From Dermatophilaceae bacterium (GTDB lineage Bacteria > Actinomycetota > Actinomycetes > Actinomycetales > Dermatophilaceae): 64,000 nt of DNA. Position numbers and translations under genes: made by a program. Location of the stretch: positions 11,688 to 75,687 of the forward strand of contig JBHEPF010000127.1 in the NCBI GenBank assembly GCA_046260445.1, in the 5' to 3' direction. This document shows positions 44,757 to 53,211 of this stretch, piece by piece (within the stretch, counting starts at the first letter, position 1; every line of letters starts with the position of its first letter). Under the pieces are notes generated by a model. It had not been told where the DNA came from. It did no database searches and saw only the letters and a program-made list of their open reading frames with translations.

Positions 44757-45326
44757 ATGACGCGCCTGCAGATCGCCCAGGACCCGCACGCCGACGAGGT
44801 GCTGACCGCCGACGACTTCGCTCTGCTCGTCGGCATGCTCCTCGATCAACAGTTCCCGATGGAGCGGGCCTTCGCCGGCCCCGCGAAGATCCTCGACCGC
44901 TTCGGCACTCTCGACCCGGTCCGGGTGGCAGGTGCGGAGCCGGAGGGTTTCGCCGACCTGTGCGCCACCCCGCCGGCAGTCCACCGCTACGGCCGCTCCA
45001 TGGCCGGCCGGATCCAGGCGCTCGCCCGCGTGGTCGTCGACGACTACGACGGGCGGGCGTCCCGCATCTGGGAGGACGCAGAGTCGACGCGTGATCTGCT
45101 CGCCCGACTGCAGGCCCTTCCCGGGTTCGGTGAACAGAAGGCGCGGATCTTCGCCGCGCTCCTCGGCAAGCGTCTCGGCGTGTGCCATGACGGCTGGCGC
45201 GAGGCGATCGGCCCGTATGCGGAGCAGGGCTCGTTCCGCTCCGTCGCCGACGTCGTCGACCCTGAGTCGCTCCAGAAGGTGCGCGACTTCAAGAAGCAGG
45301 CCAAGGCTGCCGCGAAGCGGGCCTGA
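44757..45326 (+). CDS. HhH-GPD-type base-excision-repair-like protein
   Basis: 189 aa. LPGFGEQKARIFAALLGK is a helix-hairpin-helix element. The overall sequence resembles the actinobacterial HhH-GPD-type family. It starts 11 nt after the whiB7 stop. Confidence 0.6.
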   Translation: MTRLQIAQDPHADEVLTADDFALLVGMLLDQQFPMERAFAGPAKILDRFGTLDPVRVAGAEPEGFADLCATPPAVHRYGRSMAGRIQALARVVVDDYDGRASRIWEDAESTRDLLARLQALPGFGEQKARIFAALLGKRLGVCHDGWREAIGPYAEQGSFRSVADVVDPESLQKVRDFKKQAKAAAKRA

Positions 45327-45359
45327 CGACGCCGTTCCTCACGTCCGTGGTCAGTACAG

Positions 45360-46796
45360 CTAGATGAAGTCGTCCTCGTCGTCCAAGCCCTCGCGGTACT
45401 CGCTGTCGGCCGCCTCGATGGGCGGGAACGAGGCGCCCGGGATGAGCTCCTCTGCGAGACGCCGACCGTCGACGTTCCCGCCGAGCTGGCAAAGCACGCC
45501 GATGCCACCAAGCCAGACCCGGTGAATGAGGAGGTAGTCGGGCGGCAGGTTCAGCTTCATGCCCACGACCCAGTCGGGTTGACGGGGGTCGTTGATCCGG
45601 GCGCCGACGCCGCGCAACCAGTCCCGGGTGAAGGTGAACTCCTCGTCCAGCAGGGGGGTGAAGAACGGCATGAGATAACCGAGCAGCTGGTCCGGGTCGA
45701 TCGAGACCGACTCCCGGATGAAGCCCTCCTCCTTGAGCCGGCGCGTCATCCCGTGCGAGTCGCCCCAGAGCGCGAAGGAGAGGATCTCGCCCAGGGCCGG
45801 AGGCATCCCGTCAGGAAGGCGGTTGACCGCGCCGAAGTCGAAGACGGCGAGTCGGCCGTCGGGCGTGATCCGGTAGTTGCCGGGGTGCGGGTCCGCGTGC
45901 AGCAGCCGGGCCCGGACCGGACCGCTCATGAGGAACTCGAGGTAGAGCCGGGCCGCGTGGTCACGCTCCTGCTGCGTGCCCGTCGCGATGATGTCGGAAA
46001 GCGGTCGGCCATCCACCCACTCGGTGACGAGCACCCGCTCGGACTGGGCGAGCACGTCGGGGATGAGGATGTGCGGGTGGTGCCGGAAGGCCCGCGCGAA
46101 GGCCTTCTGGTGGGAGGCCTCGAGGGCGTAGTCGAGCTCCTCCGACATCCGCTCCTTGAGCTCGGTCAGGATCGGGACCATGTCGATCCCGGGGACCAGC
46201 CCGCCGGCGAGCTTGGCGACCCGGGAGAGCTGGTTGAGGTCGCTCATGAGGGCCTTCGCCACCCCCGGGTACTGGATCTTCACGGCCACCTCACGCCCGT
46301 CCCGCCAGACGGCCCGGTGGACCTGGCCGATGGATGCGGCGGCGGCCGGCTTGTCGTCGAAGTGTTCGAACTTCGCTGTGCGCCAACGAGGTCCGAGCTG
46401 GTCGGCAAGGATCGCATGGACCCGTTCCGCTGCCATTGGAGGGGCCGCGTCCTGAAGCTTGGTGAGGGTCGCGCGGTAGGGGGCGACGAGCTCCTCGGGC
46501 ATGGCGGCCTCCATGATCGAGAGCCCCTGACCGACCTTCATCGCACCGCCCTTGAGCTCGCCGAGCACCGCGAAGAGCTGCTCAGCGGTGCGGGTCTGGA
46601 GCTCGAGGGCCACCATCTCCGCGGGCCTGCCACCGACCCGCTTGCCCATGGCCCATGCGGTGCGGCCCGCAAAGCTGATCGGCAGCGTCGCGAGCTTGGC
46701 GGTGCGGGTCACGCCGCGCAGGGGCAGGTCGGTCACGCTGACAGTCTCCCACCCTGTTCCACCGCGCCCGGTCGTCGAGGCCCGGGACGGGAACAT
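45360..46796 (-). CDS. ABC1/UbiB-family atypical protein kinase
   Basis: Track ORF 45360..47111. The start is ATG 46796 (or GTG 46736). Motifs present: [33 protein letters not shown]. It occupies the Rv3197-equivalent position. Confidence 0.85.
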   Translation of the reverse strand: MFPSRASTTGRGGTGWETVSVTDLPLRGVTRTAKLATLPISFAGRTAWAMGKRVGGRPAEMVALELQTRTAEQLFAVLGELKGGAMKVGQGLSIMEAAMPEELVAPYRATLTKLQDAAPPMAAERVHAILADQLGPRWRTAKFEHFDDKPAAAASIGQVHRAVWRDGREVAVKIQYPGVAKALMSDLNQLSRVAKLAGGLVPGIDMVPILTELKERMSEELDYALEASHQKAFARAFRHHPHILIPDVLAQSERVLVTEWVDGRPLSDIIATGTQQERDHAARLYLEFLMSGPVRARLLHADPHPGNYRITPDGRLAVFDFGAVNRLPDGMPPALGEILSFALWGDSHGMTRRLKEEGFIRESVSIDPDQLLGYLMPFFTPLLDEEFTFTRDWLRGVGARINDPRQPDWVVGMKLNLPPDYLLIHRVWLGGIGVLCQLGGNVDGRRLAEELIPGASFPPIEAADSEYREGLDDEDDFI

Positions 46797-46825
46797 CGGT
46801 GCGCATCGCCGCATGGACCCGTCTC

Positions 46826-47842
46826 TCACCCCACCGATCTCGACTGGCCGTGGGTGTCGCATTCCGGATGGACCTCCCATCGGGAGGTGGCGAGCGACGG
46901 GAGAGGGAGTGCGCTGTGCCACCGCATGCCGAGCGGCGGGGGATAGGCGTCGATGAGTCCCAGTGCGAGCATGGCGACCGTTCCGGCCGTGATCCCGGCC
47001 AGGCTCGGTTCCACGCGGGTCGGGTCGTTCTGAGCATCGGCGAGCAGATCGTCCCGGCCTAGGTCGGCCAGGAGCGTCGTCCCCTCGTGCAGCCAGATGC
47101 AGGTCAGGCACGGACCCGCACCAGGGACGACCAACGGCCCGATGTCGACCGAGCCGACGCGCGCGATGACCGGAAGGTGCGCGATGGAGCGGCGCAGCCA
47201 GTCCGTCGCACGCAACCGGGGGAGCCGGGTGCCGACGGTGATGACGAGGCTTGGATCCGGGCCCCGGTCGTCAAGGTCCTCGCCGGCCCCGGCGTACCAG
47301 CCGCAGCGCACGGCTCCGACACGGGCGGCTCGCAGGAGGCGTGCGACGTCCTCGGCGACGGTGCCCCGGCCGTCGATCACGACCCGTGCGCCCTCTCGAC
47401 GGTCCTTGAGCGACAGCGGTGACCCGACGAGGACGCTCCTCTCGCCCCCGTGTCGTCGCCGGGCCAGTGACCAGGCGGACAGGTCGCCGCGATCCGGGCC
47501 CGCAGGGTGGCGGCGGGTGAGTCCGGCCTCCTCGAGCGCGTGGACGATCTCGACGACGCGGATCTGCGGGAGTCCGGTCGCGCCGGCGAGCGCCTCGGAG
47601 CGCACGGGGTCGCTGGCCTCGGCCAGGAGAGCGAGCAGACGGCTCGCCGGACCGGCCTCGTGCTGGGCCAGGCCGGTGAGGACGACGCCGTGGATCGGGT
47701 CCGGTCCGAGCTGCAGGGTGCCGTCGATGCGACTCTGGGGGCTCAAACCCGGGTGGAGGGGGTGCGCCAGGATGCCGGCCTTCGACTCGGAGGCGTTGCG
47801 GGGTGCAGCGGCGGTGCGCAGGTGTGCCGGGGACGAGCTCAT
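46826..47842 (-). CDS. conserved hypothetical E1/ThiF-like protein with an N-terminal wHTH-like segment (Rv3196-like position)
   Basis: Track ORF 46826..47893, with an ATG at 47842. GRGTVAEDVARLL is GxGxxA-like, and GAGPCLTCIWL parallels the PCYRC motif of MoeZ in this same window. Confidence 0.5.
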   Translation of the reverse strand: MSSSPAHLRTAAAPRNASESKAGILAHPLHPGLSPQSRIDGTLQLGPDPIHGVVLTGLAQHEAGPASRLLALLAEASDPVRSEALAGATGLPQIRVVEIVHALEEAGLTRRHPAGPDRGDLSAWSLARRRHGGERSVLVGSPLSLKDRREGARVVIDGRGTVAEDVARLLRAARVGAVRCGWYAGAGEDLDDRGPDPSLVITVGTRLPRLRATDWLRRSIAHLPVIARVGSVDIGPLVVPGAGPCLTCIWLHEGTTLLADLGRDDLLADAQNDPTRVEPSLAGITAGTVAMLALGLIDAYPPPLGMRWHSALPLPSLATSRWEVHPECDTHGQSRSVG

Positions 47843-47953
47843 GGCGACCGAGTCAACCGGGAGCACCCGCGCGGTGCACGGGGTTGTCCACAATCACGCC
47901 GAAAGCGGGTGAACGAGGGTGCCCACTCGGGATCCGGGGTGCCCCTGACGCAC

Positions 47954-47987
47954 GAACGGGCGGGACCGTGGAGGGTCCCACCCGTTC
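47954..47987 (-). terminator. candidate terminator hairpin downstream of the DUF5679 gene
   Basis: GAACGGGCGGGACC (47954-47967) pairs with GGTCCCACCCGTTC (47974-47987) at 13 of 14 positions, with a 6-nt loop. There is no T-tract. Confidence 0.45.
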
Positions 47988-48035
47988 GGTGGTGGACCGC
48001 TGTCGCGGCCCCGTGTGGACGTCAGTCCCGGTGCG

Positions 48036-48197
48036 TCAGGCCTTGCCGAGGATGCGGTTGAGGTTGGTGCCGCAGTCCGGGCACTTGCCCTTGGCCATCC
48101 GGCGGCCGTTCTCGGACACGACGACCTTGCCCTCGGCCTCCTTCTTGGCCTTGCACTTGACGCAGTAGAACTCGCCCTTGTAGGTCTCTTCAGCCAT
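48036..48197 (-). CDS. small zinc-ribbon protein (DUF5679-like)
   Basis: Track ORF 48036..48272. The ATG at 48197 is preceded by AAAGGAGAAACC. The product is MAEETYKGEFYCVKCKAKKEAEGKVVVSENGRRMAKGKCPDCGTNLNRILGKA, with two CxxC pairs. Confidence 0.65.
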   Translation of the reverse strand: MAEETYKGEFYCVKCKAKKEAEGKVVVSENGRRMAKGKCPDCGTNLNRILGKA

Positions 48198-48390
48198 GGT
48201 TTCTCCTTTGGTCAAACCCTTGCGGTCACCGGCGCGATGGCGCCCTGCCGTGAAGGGGCTGCCTACGACCATAAACGAGCACGTGGGCAGGTCCGGGCCA
48301 TCTTCCGCTCGGCGCGTCGCGACTTCTCACAACATTCACCCCATATGTCACAAGCGCACCATGCGTCACAGATTCAGGCGGTTGGTGTGC

Positions 48391-48999
48391 TCAGCCCTCG
48401 ATGACGGCGCGGTCCCTCGCGAGGTCCTGACCTCGGGTGATGAGGATGCCGAGGTCGGCCACGACGTCGTCCGGAAGGGCCTCGATGGGCCACCAGCGCA
48501 CGTCGAGAGACTCCGAACTGCGTCGCGGCTCGGCGCCGACGGGAGCCCAGCCGGCGAAGCGAACGTCGAGGTGCGCCGCGCAGCGCCCGAATCGCGCGCC
48601 GAGGCTATGCCGGTGCAGGTCGACGATCCGCGGATCGACCGCGACCGCGTCGATGCCCGACTCCTCACGGACCTCCCGGTCGGCGGCCGCATACAGCGTC
48701 GGGTCGGTGGCCTCGACGTGCCCGCCGAACTGCAGCCAGGCGTGTGCCTTGGTGTGCAGGGTGAGGAGCACGCGCTCGCTGCGGTGGTCGAACACGATGC
48801 ACGAGGCGGTGAGGTGCACCGGCGGTCCGGCCTTGAAGACCGCCGTGTCGTCCCCGAGTGCGTCGAGGTATGCGGTGCGCAGCTCCGCCTGCTCACTGTC
48901 GGCCGGCTCGAACCGCCGCAGCGTCGTCACCGCGTCCCGCCAGGCGGGCGAGCGGCGTGGAGCGACTCCCTCGGCGAACCCATCAGCGGGTCCGCTCAT
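48391..48999 (-). CDS. NUDIX hydrolase
   Basis: 202 aa with the Nudix box GGHVEATDPTLYAAADREVREESGI. Its start overlaps the upstream gene's stop (48996..48999). Confidence 0.8.
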   Translation of the reverse strand: MSGPADGFAEGVAPRRSPAWRDAVTTLRRFEPADSEQAELRTAYLDALGDDTAVFKAGPPVHLTASCIVFDHRSERVLLTLHTKAHAWLQFGGHVEATDPTLYAAADREVREESGIDAVAVDPRIVDLHRHSLGARFGRCAAHLDVRFAGWAPVGAEPRRSSESLDVRWWPIEALPDDVVADLGILITRGQDLARDRAVIEG

Positions 49000-50588
49000 G
49001 GGGTGGGCGGGCCCTCGTCCCGGGCGGGGCGGTCCTGGCCGTCCGAGCCCCCGTTGTCGGTCGGCCCATCCGACGACCCGGGCTCAGCGAGCAGCTTGGC
49101 CAGCTCGGCGTCGAAGTCGTCGCTCGCGGGTGCGCCGAAGCGGTCGACATAGCCCAGGGGGTCGTCCAGGTCCGACGACCGGGGTGCGACGTCCGGGTGC
49201 TGCCACATGTCGTCGCGCGCCGTCCGCCCGTGCCGGTCCTCCATCGCCCGGAAGAGATTGGCGGCATCGCGCAGCCGGCGCGGCCGCAGGTCGAGGCCGA
49301 CGAGCCCGCGGAAGACCTTCTCGCCCGGCCCCCCGCTCGCCCGGCGCCGGCGAATGGCCTCACCGAGCGCTGCACCGTGAGGGAGGGTCGCCGTGGTCGC
49401 AGCCTCGGCGACGACGTCGACCCACCCCTCGATGAGGGCGAGCGAGGTCTCGAGGCGATCCAGGGCCCGCGACTGTGCCGCGCTCGGAGTCGGCGCGAAG
49501 AGTGAGCCGCTCAGCGCCGACTGGAGCGCCTCGGGGTCGTGCAGGTCGACGTCGCGCAGCTGGGACTCGATGCCGTCCAGGTCGAAGGTGATGTCGGCGG
49601 CGTAGTCGCGCACTGCGGCCAGCACCTGCGGCCCGAGCCAGGGCACCTGGGCGAACAGCCGCGTGCGGGCCACCTCCCGCACCGCGAGGTAGAGGCGGAC
49701 CTCGGCAGCATCGACGGACAGCCCTGCGGCCAGGTCATCGATCGCTGCCGGTAGGAGGACGACGTGGTCGTCCGGCACGAGCGGGAGCCCCACGTCACTT
49801 CCGGTGAGGACCTCCTGGCTGAGCGTTCCGATCGCCTGCCCCAGCTGGGTGGAGAACATCCCGGCACTCAACCGCTCGAGCATCCCCTGCATCTGGCCCA
49901 TGACCACCGCCGGGTCCATGCCCGGCGGCAGCATGCCCTGCAGCTCCGGCGGCAGCTCCCCGGCCCCGCCGGTGAGCTGGTCGAGCTGGTTCTTCGACGC
50001 CGTGGCCATGGCGCCGGACAGTCCCGTGGCGATCGGGCCGACGAGCTCACTCCAGAGCGGCATCGTCTCCTCAGTCCAGTTGAGCGGGGTCCACGCGTGC
50101 GCCCAGGCCGTATGCGGGGGCAGCGTGGTCGCCTCGTCGACCCAGAGCGAGGCGATGCGGACGGCCTCCGACACGGAGCGTGCGGCGTTGTCCTCCACCT
50201 CGTCAGGGGTCCGCCCCGCGGCGACCGCGCCCGAGACCACACCCCGGGCCGCCATGAGCGCCGCGTCCTGGTCGATGGCTCCCGGGCCGGCCCCACCTCC
50301 GCCGAAGAGCCCGCCGAGCATGCCGGCGCCCGCTCCCGACATCATCGACTGCACCTGGCTCATCGCCTGCTCGATGACGTCGGGATCCATCCGGTCCAGA
50401 CCGAGGTTGCTCATCAGTCCGGCCATCTCCGGTGGCACGGGACCGCCGGTGAGGCTCTCGAACATCTTCTCGAGCTCCGGCGGCAGCCCGGACGATACGG
50501 GCTCATCAGGCCCGGGGGTCTCCTCGAACTCGTCGTCGGGTCGGTCATGCGGCTGGATGTCATCGGGCACCCTGCCATTGTCCATCAC
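48996..50588 (-). CDS. DUF2342 / zincin-like protein (Rv3195-like position)
   Basis: 530 aa. The central region LYLAVREVARTRLFAQVPWLGPQV and LIEGWVDVV resembles the actinobacterial family annotated as zinc-dependent metalloprotease. It has a Gly/Met-rich N-terminal region. Confidence 0.65.
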   Translation of the reverse strand: MMDNGRVPDDIQPHDRPDDEFEETPGPDEPVSSGLPPELEKMFESLTGGPVPPEMAGLMSNLGLDRMDPDVIEQAMSQVQSMMSGAGAGMLGGLFGGGGAGPGAIDQDAALMAARGVVSGAVAAGRTPDEVEDNAARSVSEAVRIASLWVDEATTLPPHTAWAHAWTPLNWTEETMPLWSELVGPIATGLSGAMATASKNQLDQLTGGAGELPPELQGMLPPGMDPAVVMGQMQGMLERLSAGMFSTQLGQAIGTLSQEVLTGSDVGLPLVPDDHVVLLPAAIDDLAAGLSVDAAEVRLYLAVREVARTRLFAQVPWLGPQVLAAVRDYAADITFDLDGIESQLRDVDLHDPEALQSALSGSLFAPTPSAAQSRALDRLETSLALIEGWVDVVAEAATTATLPHGAALGEAIRRRRASGGPGEKVFRGLVGLDLRPRRLRDAANLFRAMEDRHGRTARDDMWQHPDVAPRSSDLDDPLGYVDRFGAPASDDFDAELAKLLAEPGSSDGPTDNGGSDGQDRPARDEGPPTP

Positions 50589-50778
50589 CGGAACGTGCAG
50601 GGTCTCAACGGGCGTGGGCGAAACCTGCCGGCCCTCTCGATCGTTCCCCTCCTGACGACCGCCGGCCCGCCACGGCGGCGTGGGCTGTCAGAACGTCCCG
50701 CGCGTCGCATACGGTTGGCTGTCCGGCGGCACGCCCGTCAGCCGCCCGCCCCACAGGCTCGACCCAGGAGAGACCACG

Positions 50779-51213
50779 GTGCCGCAGTCCCACCCGCGTG
50801 TCGCGCTCGTCGACATCCGCGATCACGCGCTCTCCCTCGACGAGGTCGTGGCGGCGGTGTCCCGGCCCGGTCACGGCGCCGTCGTGACCTTCACTGGCGT
50901 CGTCCGCGACCACGACGGAGCCAGAAATGTCACGGGGCTCGACTACTCGGCGCATCCGTCCGCCGTCGACCTGCTCGCCGCCTCCTGCGCACGCGTCGTC
51001 GATACCCACCCCGACGTGGTCGTGGCCGCCGTGCACCGCACCGGGCCCCTCGCCCTCGGCGACCTCGCCGTGGTCCTCGCCGCGGGTGCGCCCCACCGGG
51101 GTGCGGCGTTCGCCGCGTCCCGAGCCCTCATCGACGACCTGAAGGCCAGCGTCCCGATCTGGAAGCACCAGAGCTTCACCGACGGCTCGGACGAGTGGGT
51201 CGGGCTTCCGTGA
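50779..51213 (+). CDS. moaE: molybdopterin synthase catalytic subunit
   Basis: Track ORF 50680..51213. The GTG at 50779 has GGAGAG upstream. MoaE motifs present: GAVVTFTGVVRDH and VPIWKHQ. Confidence 0.8.
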   Translation: MPQSHPRVALVDIRDHALSLDEVVAAVSRPGHGAVVTFTGVVRDHDGARNVTGLDYSAHPSAVDLLAASCARVVDTHPDVVVAAVHRTGPLALGDLAVVLAAGAPHRGAAFAASRALIDDLKASVPIWKHQSFTDGSDEWVGLP

Positions 51214-52286
51214 CGACGCGCACGCTGCCCGAACGGCAACGGCTCGGGTGCGGCGCGGCCGCGGTCCTGCTCGCCGGCCTGGCCGGCATGGTTCTCGCGA
51301 TCGTCCTGGCCCAGGTCACGCTGCCCTACGCGATCATGACGCCTGGGCCGGTGACGAACACGCTCGGGGAGGTCGGCGACGGCACTCCGCTCATCGCGGT
51401 CGAGGGGGCGCCGACCTACCCCACGGACGGGGAGCTGAACTTCACGACCGTCCGGGTCGGCGGCGGGCCCGGCAACGAGACGACCATCGTCGACTACCTC
51501 TCGGCGGTCTTCTCGTCGGAGGCGACGATCCTTCCGGTGGAGCAGGTGTTCCCGCGTGGGGCGACGCGCACGGAGATCCGTGATGAAAACGAGGCCGAGA
51601 TGGTCGGCTCCCAGCAGGAGGCCGCGGCGGTGGCGTTGAGCGCCCTGGGGTATGCGGTGCGGGAGACGGTGACCATCGTCGAGGTCGATGAGTCCTCCGC
51701 CTTCCTCGACCTCCTCCAGGGGGGCGATGTCGTGGTCGGTGTGAACGAGGTACCGACCGATGGCGCGGATGCGATCCGTGCCGAGGTGGCCAAGGTCCCG
51801 GTGGGAGAGCCGGTCTCGGTGAGCGTCCTGCGTGACGGCGCGGAGGCCACGGTCGAGGGGTCGACGATCGAGGCCGGGGGGCGGTCCGTGCTCGGGATCT
51901 ATCTGTCCCGGGCGTTCGACTCCGACGTGGACATCACGATCACGGCCGGCGAGGTGGGTGGTCCATCGGCGGGGATGATGTTCGCCCTCGGCGTCTACGA
52001 CGTGCTCACCGAGGGCTCCCTGACCGGCGGGAGGGAGATCTCCGGCACCGGGACGATCACGGTCGACGGCCAGGTCGGCCCGATCGGCGGGATCGTCCAA
52101 AAGGTGGTGGGGGCCAAGGACGACGGGTCGGAGTACTTCCTCGCACCTCCGGGCAACTGCGCCGAGCTCGACGGCAGGGTGCCGGGCGACATCGAGGTAT
52201 TCGCAGTCGCGACGTTCGAGGATGCACTGGCTGCGGTGGAGGGCATCTCGTCCGGCGCGATCGACGATCTGCCACGCTGCGGCTGA
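51210..52286 (+). CDS. membrane-anchored PDZ plus Lon-like (S16) protease-domain protein (Rv3194c-like)
   Basis: This is the tail of track ORF 49764..52286. The GTG at 51210 overlaps the moaE stop (GTGA). It has an N-terminal TM helix, a PDZ-like segment, and a Lon catalytic-domain motif GPSAGMMFALG. Confidence 0.8.
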   Translation: MTTRTLPERQRLGCGAAAVLLAGLAGMVLAIVLAQVTLPYAIMTPGPVTNTLGEVGDGTPLIAVEGAPTYPTDGELNFTTVRVGGGPGNETTIVDYLSAVFSSEATILPVEQVFPRGATRTEIRDENEAEMVGSQQEAAAVALSALGYAVRETVTIVEVDESSAFLDLLQGGDVVVGVNEVPTDGADAIRAEVAKVPVGEPVSVSVLRDGAEATVEGSTIEAGGRSVLGIYLSRAFDSDVDITITAGEVGGPSAGMMFALGVYDVLTEGSLTGGREISGTGTITVDGQVGPIGGIVQKVVGAKDDGSEYFLAPPGNCAELDGRVPGDIEVFAVATFEDALAAVEGISSGAIDDLPRCG

Positions 52287-52451
52287 CCCGGGTTGCCACC
52301 CCCCGTCCCCGTCGGCCAACGTCGACCCCGACGTGCTGAGGACGACGACCGCAGCCGTCGCCCACGCCACAGAGACGCTCGCCTCGCGCCGCTGGCTCGC
52401 TGACCCTGACGTGTTCACCGCGGGTAGGTCACTCGCGCGACACTTCCTCCC

Positions 52452-53009
52452 TCAGTCGCCCTCGGGCGTCGGGGCGAAGGTCGAGAGCAGTCCGTGGACG
52501 AGGCCGGGAGCGATGTCGTCACCCTGCGCGACCCGGTCGTCACGGTCGTGGTCGCGTTGCCGGAGGAGGCACCGGGACGGCCCGTCGCGCAGAACGGCCA
52601 CGAGGAGCCGAACGTCCTTGCGATCCGGATGGCTGGCGAGCGTGGCGATGGCGTCGTCGGGGTTGCCCGGCAGGTTGCGCTCTGCCGTCGGGGGAACGAC
52701 GATGCGCTCCACGGCGATCGCGGCGCCGACGACGGTGTCCGGCCACATCACCTGAGCCATCATGGACTCCAGGTGCCCCGCTGAAGGCAGGTCCTCCTGC
52801 TCGATCGCGGTGAGTGCCCCGGGGGCCACGTCGTGGGGCTGGAGCGCGTCGAGGAACCCGGGCTCGTGCTCGAGCAGGTGGGCCGTCTCGACGAGGGCGA
52901 AGAGCCGCACCGGCTGGTCCCAGCCGCCGGAGGCCACGTGCCGTTCGGTCTCGAGCGCCACGATGGACAGCGGATCGGTCACCGGACGGGGGGTCGTAGG
53001 CGTGTTCAC
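52452..53009 (-). CDS. conserved hypothetical protein (PPA1309-family-like, divergent from the UPF0182 gene)
   Basis: This is the tail of track ORF 52452..53702. The GTG at 53009 gives VNTPTTPRPVTDPLSIVALETERHVASGGWDQPVRLFALV. The family name is from memory of this neighbourhood. Confidence 0.5.
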   Translation of the reverse strand: MNTPTTPRPVTDPLSIVALETERHVASGGWDQPVRLFALVETAHLLEHEPGFLDALQPHDVAPGALTAIEQEDLPSAGHLESMMAQVMWPDTVVGAAIAVERIVVPPTAERNLPGNPDDAIATLASHPDRKDVRLLVAVLRDGPSRCLLRQRDHDRDDRVAQGDDIAPGLVHGLLSTFAPTPEGD

Positions 53010-53211
53010 GAAGATCCATCCTGCCCCCTGCTCGCCCCTTTCGCCATGAGAACGCGGCCCGCGAGGTCCGCAGGTCACGATCGCGTGACAGCCCCGGTTC
53101 TGGGTCCCCCTCGGTCCGGGAACTCTCAGCCCGGCCGGGTAGGTTATCGAAGGCAGACATCTCATCGGGCACCCCCCCGGTGTATCGAGCACGACGTGTG
53201 AAGGCCTTTCT

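Noticed and set aside
48996-50588. Absence of an HExxH zinc motif in the protein I call zincin-like (the conserved position reads REVAR)
   Set aside because: I cannot recall with certainty whether this subfamily carries HExxH at that position. Without an alignment, the claim that it is an inactive protease would be unsupported. I kept only the family-level call with reduced confidence.
49764-51209. Long upstream portion of the ORF that ends as the PDZ/Lon-like protease
   Set aside because: It runs antisense through the zincin-like gene and across moaE in another frame. The real gene begins at the GTG overlapping the moaE stop, followed by a TM helix.
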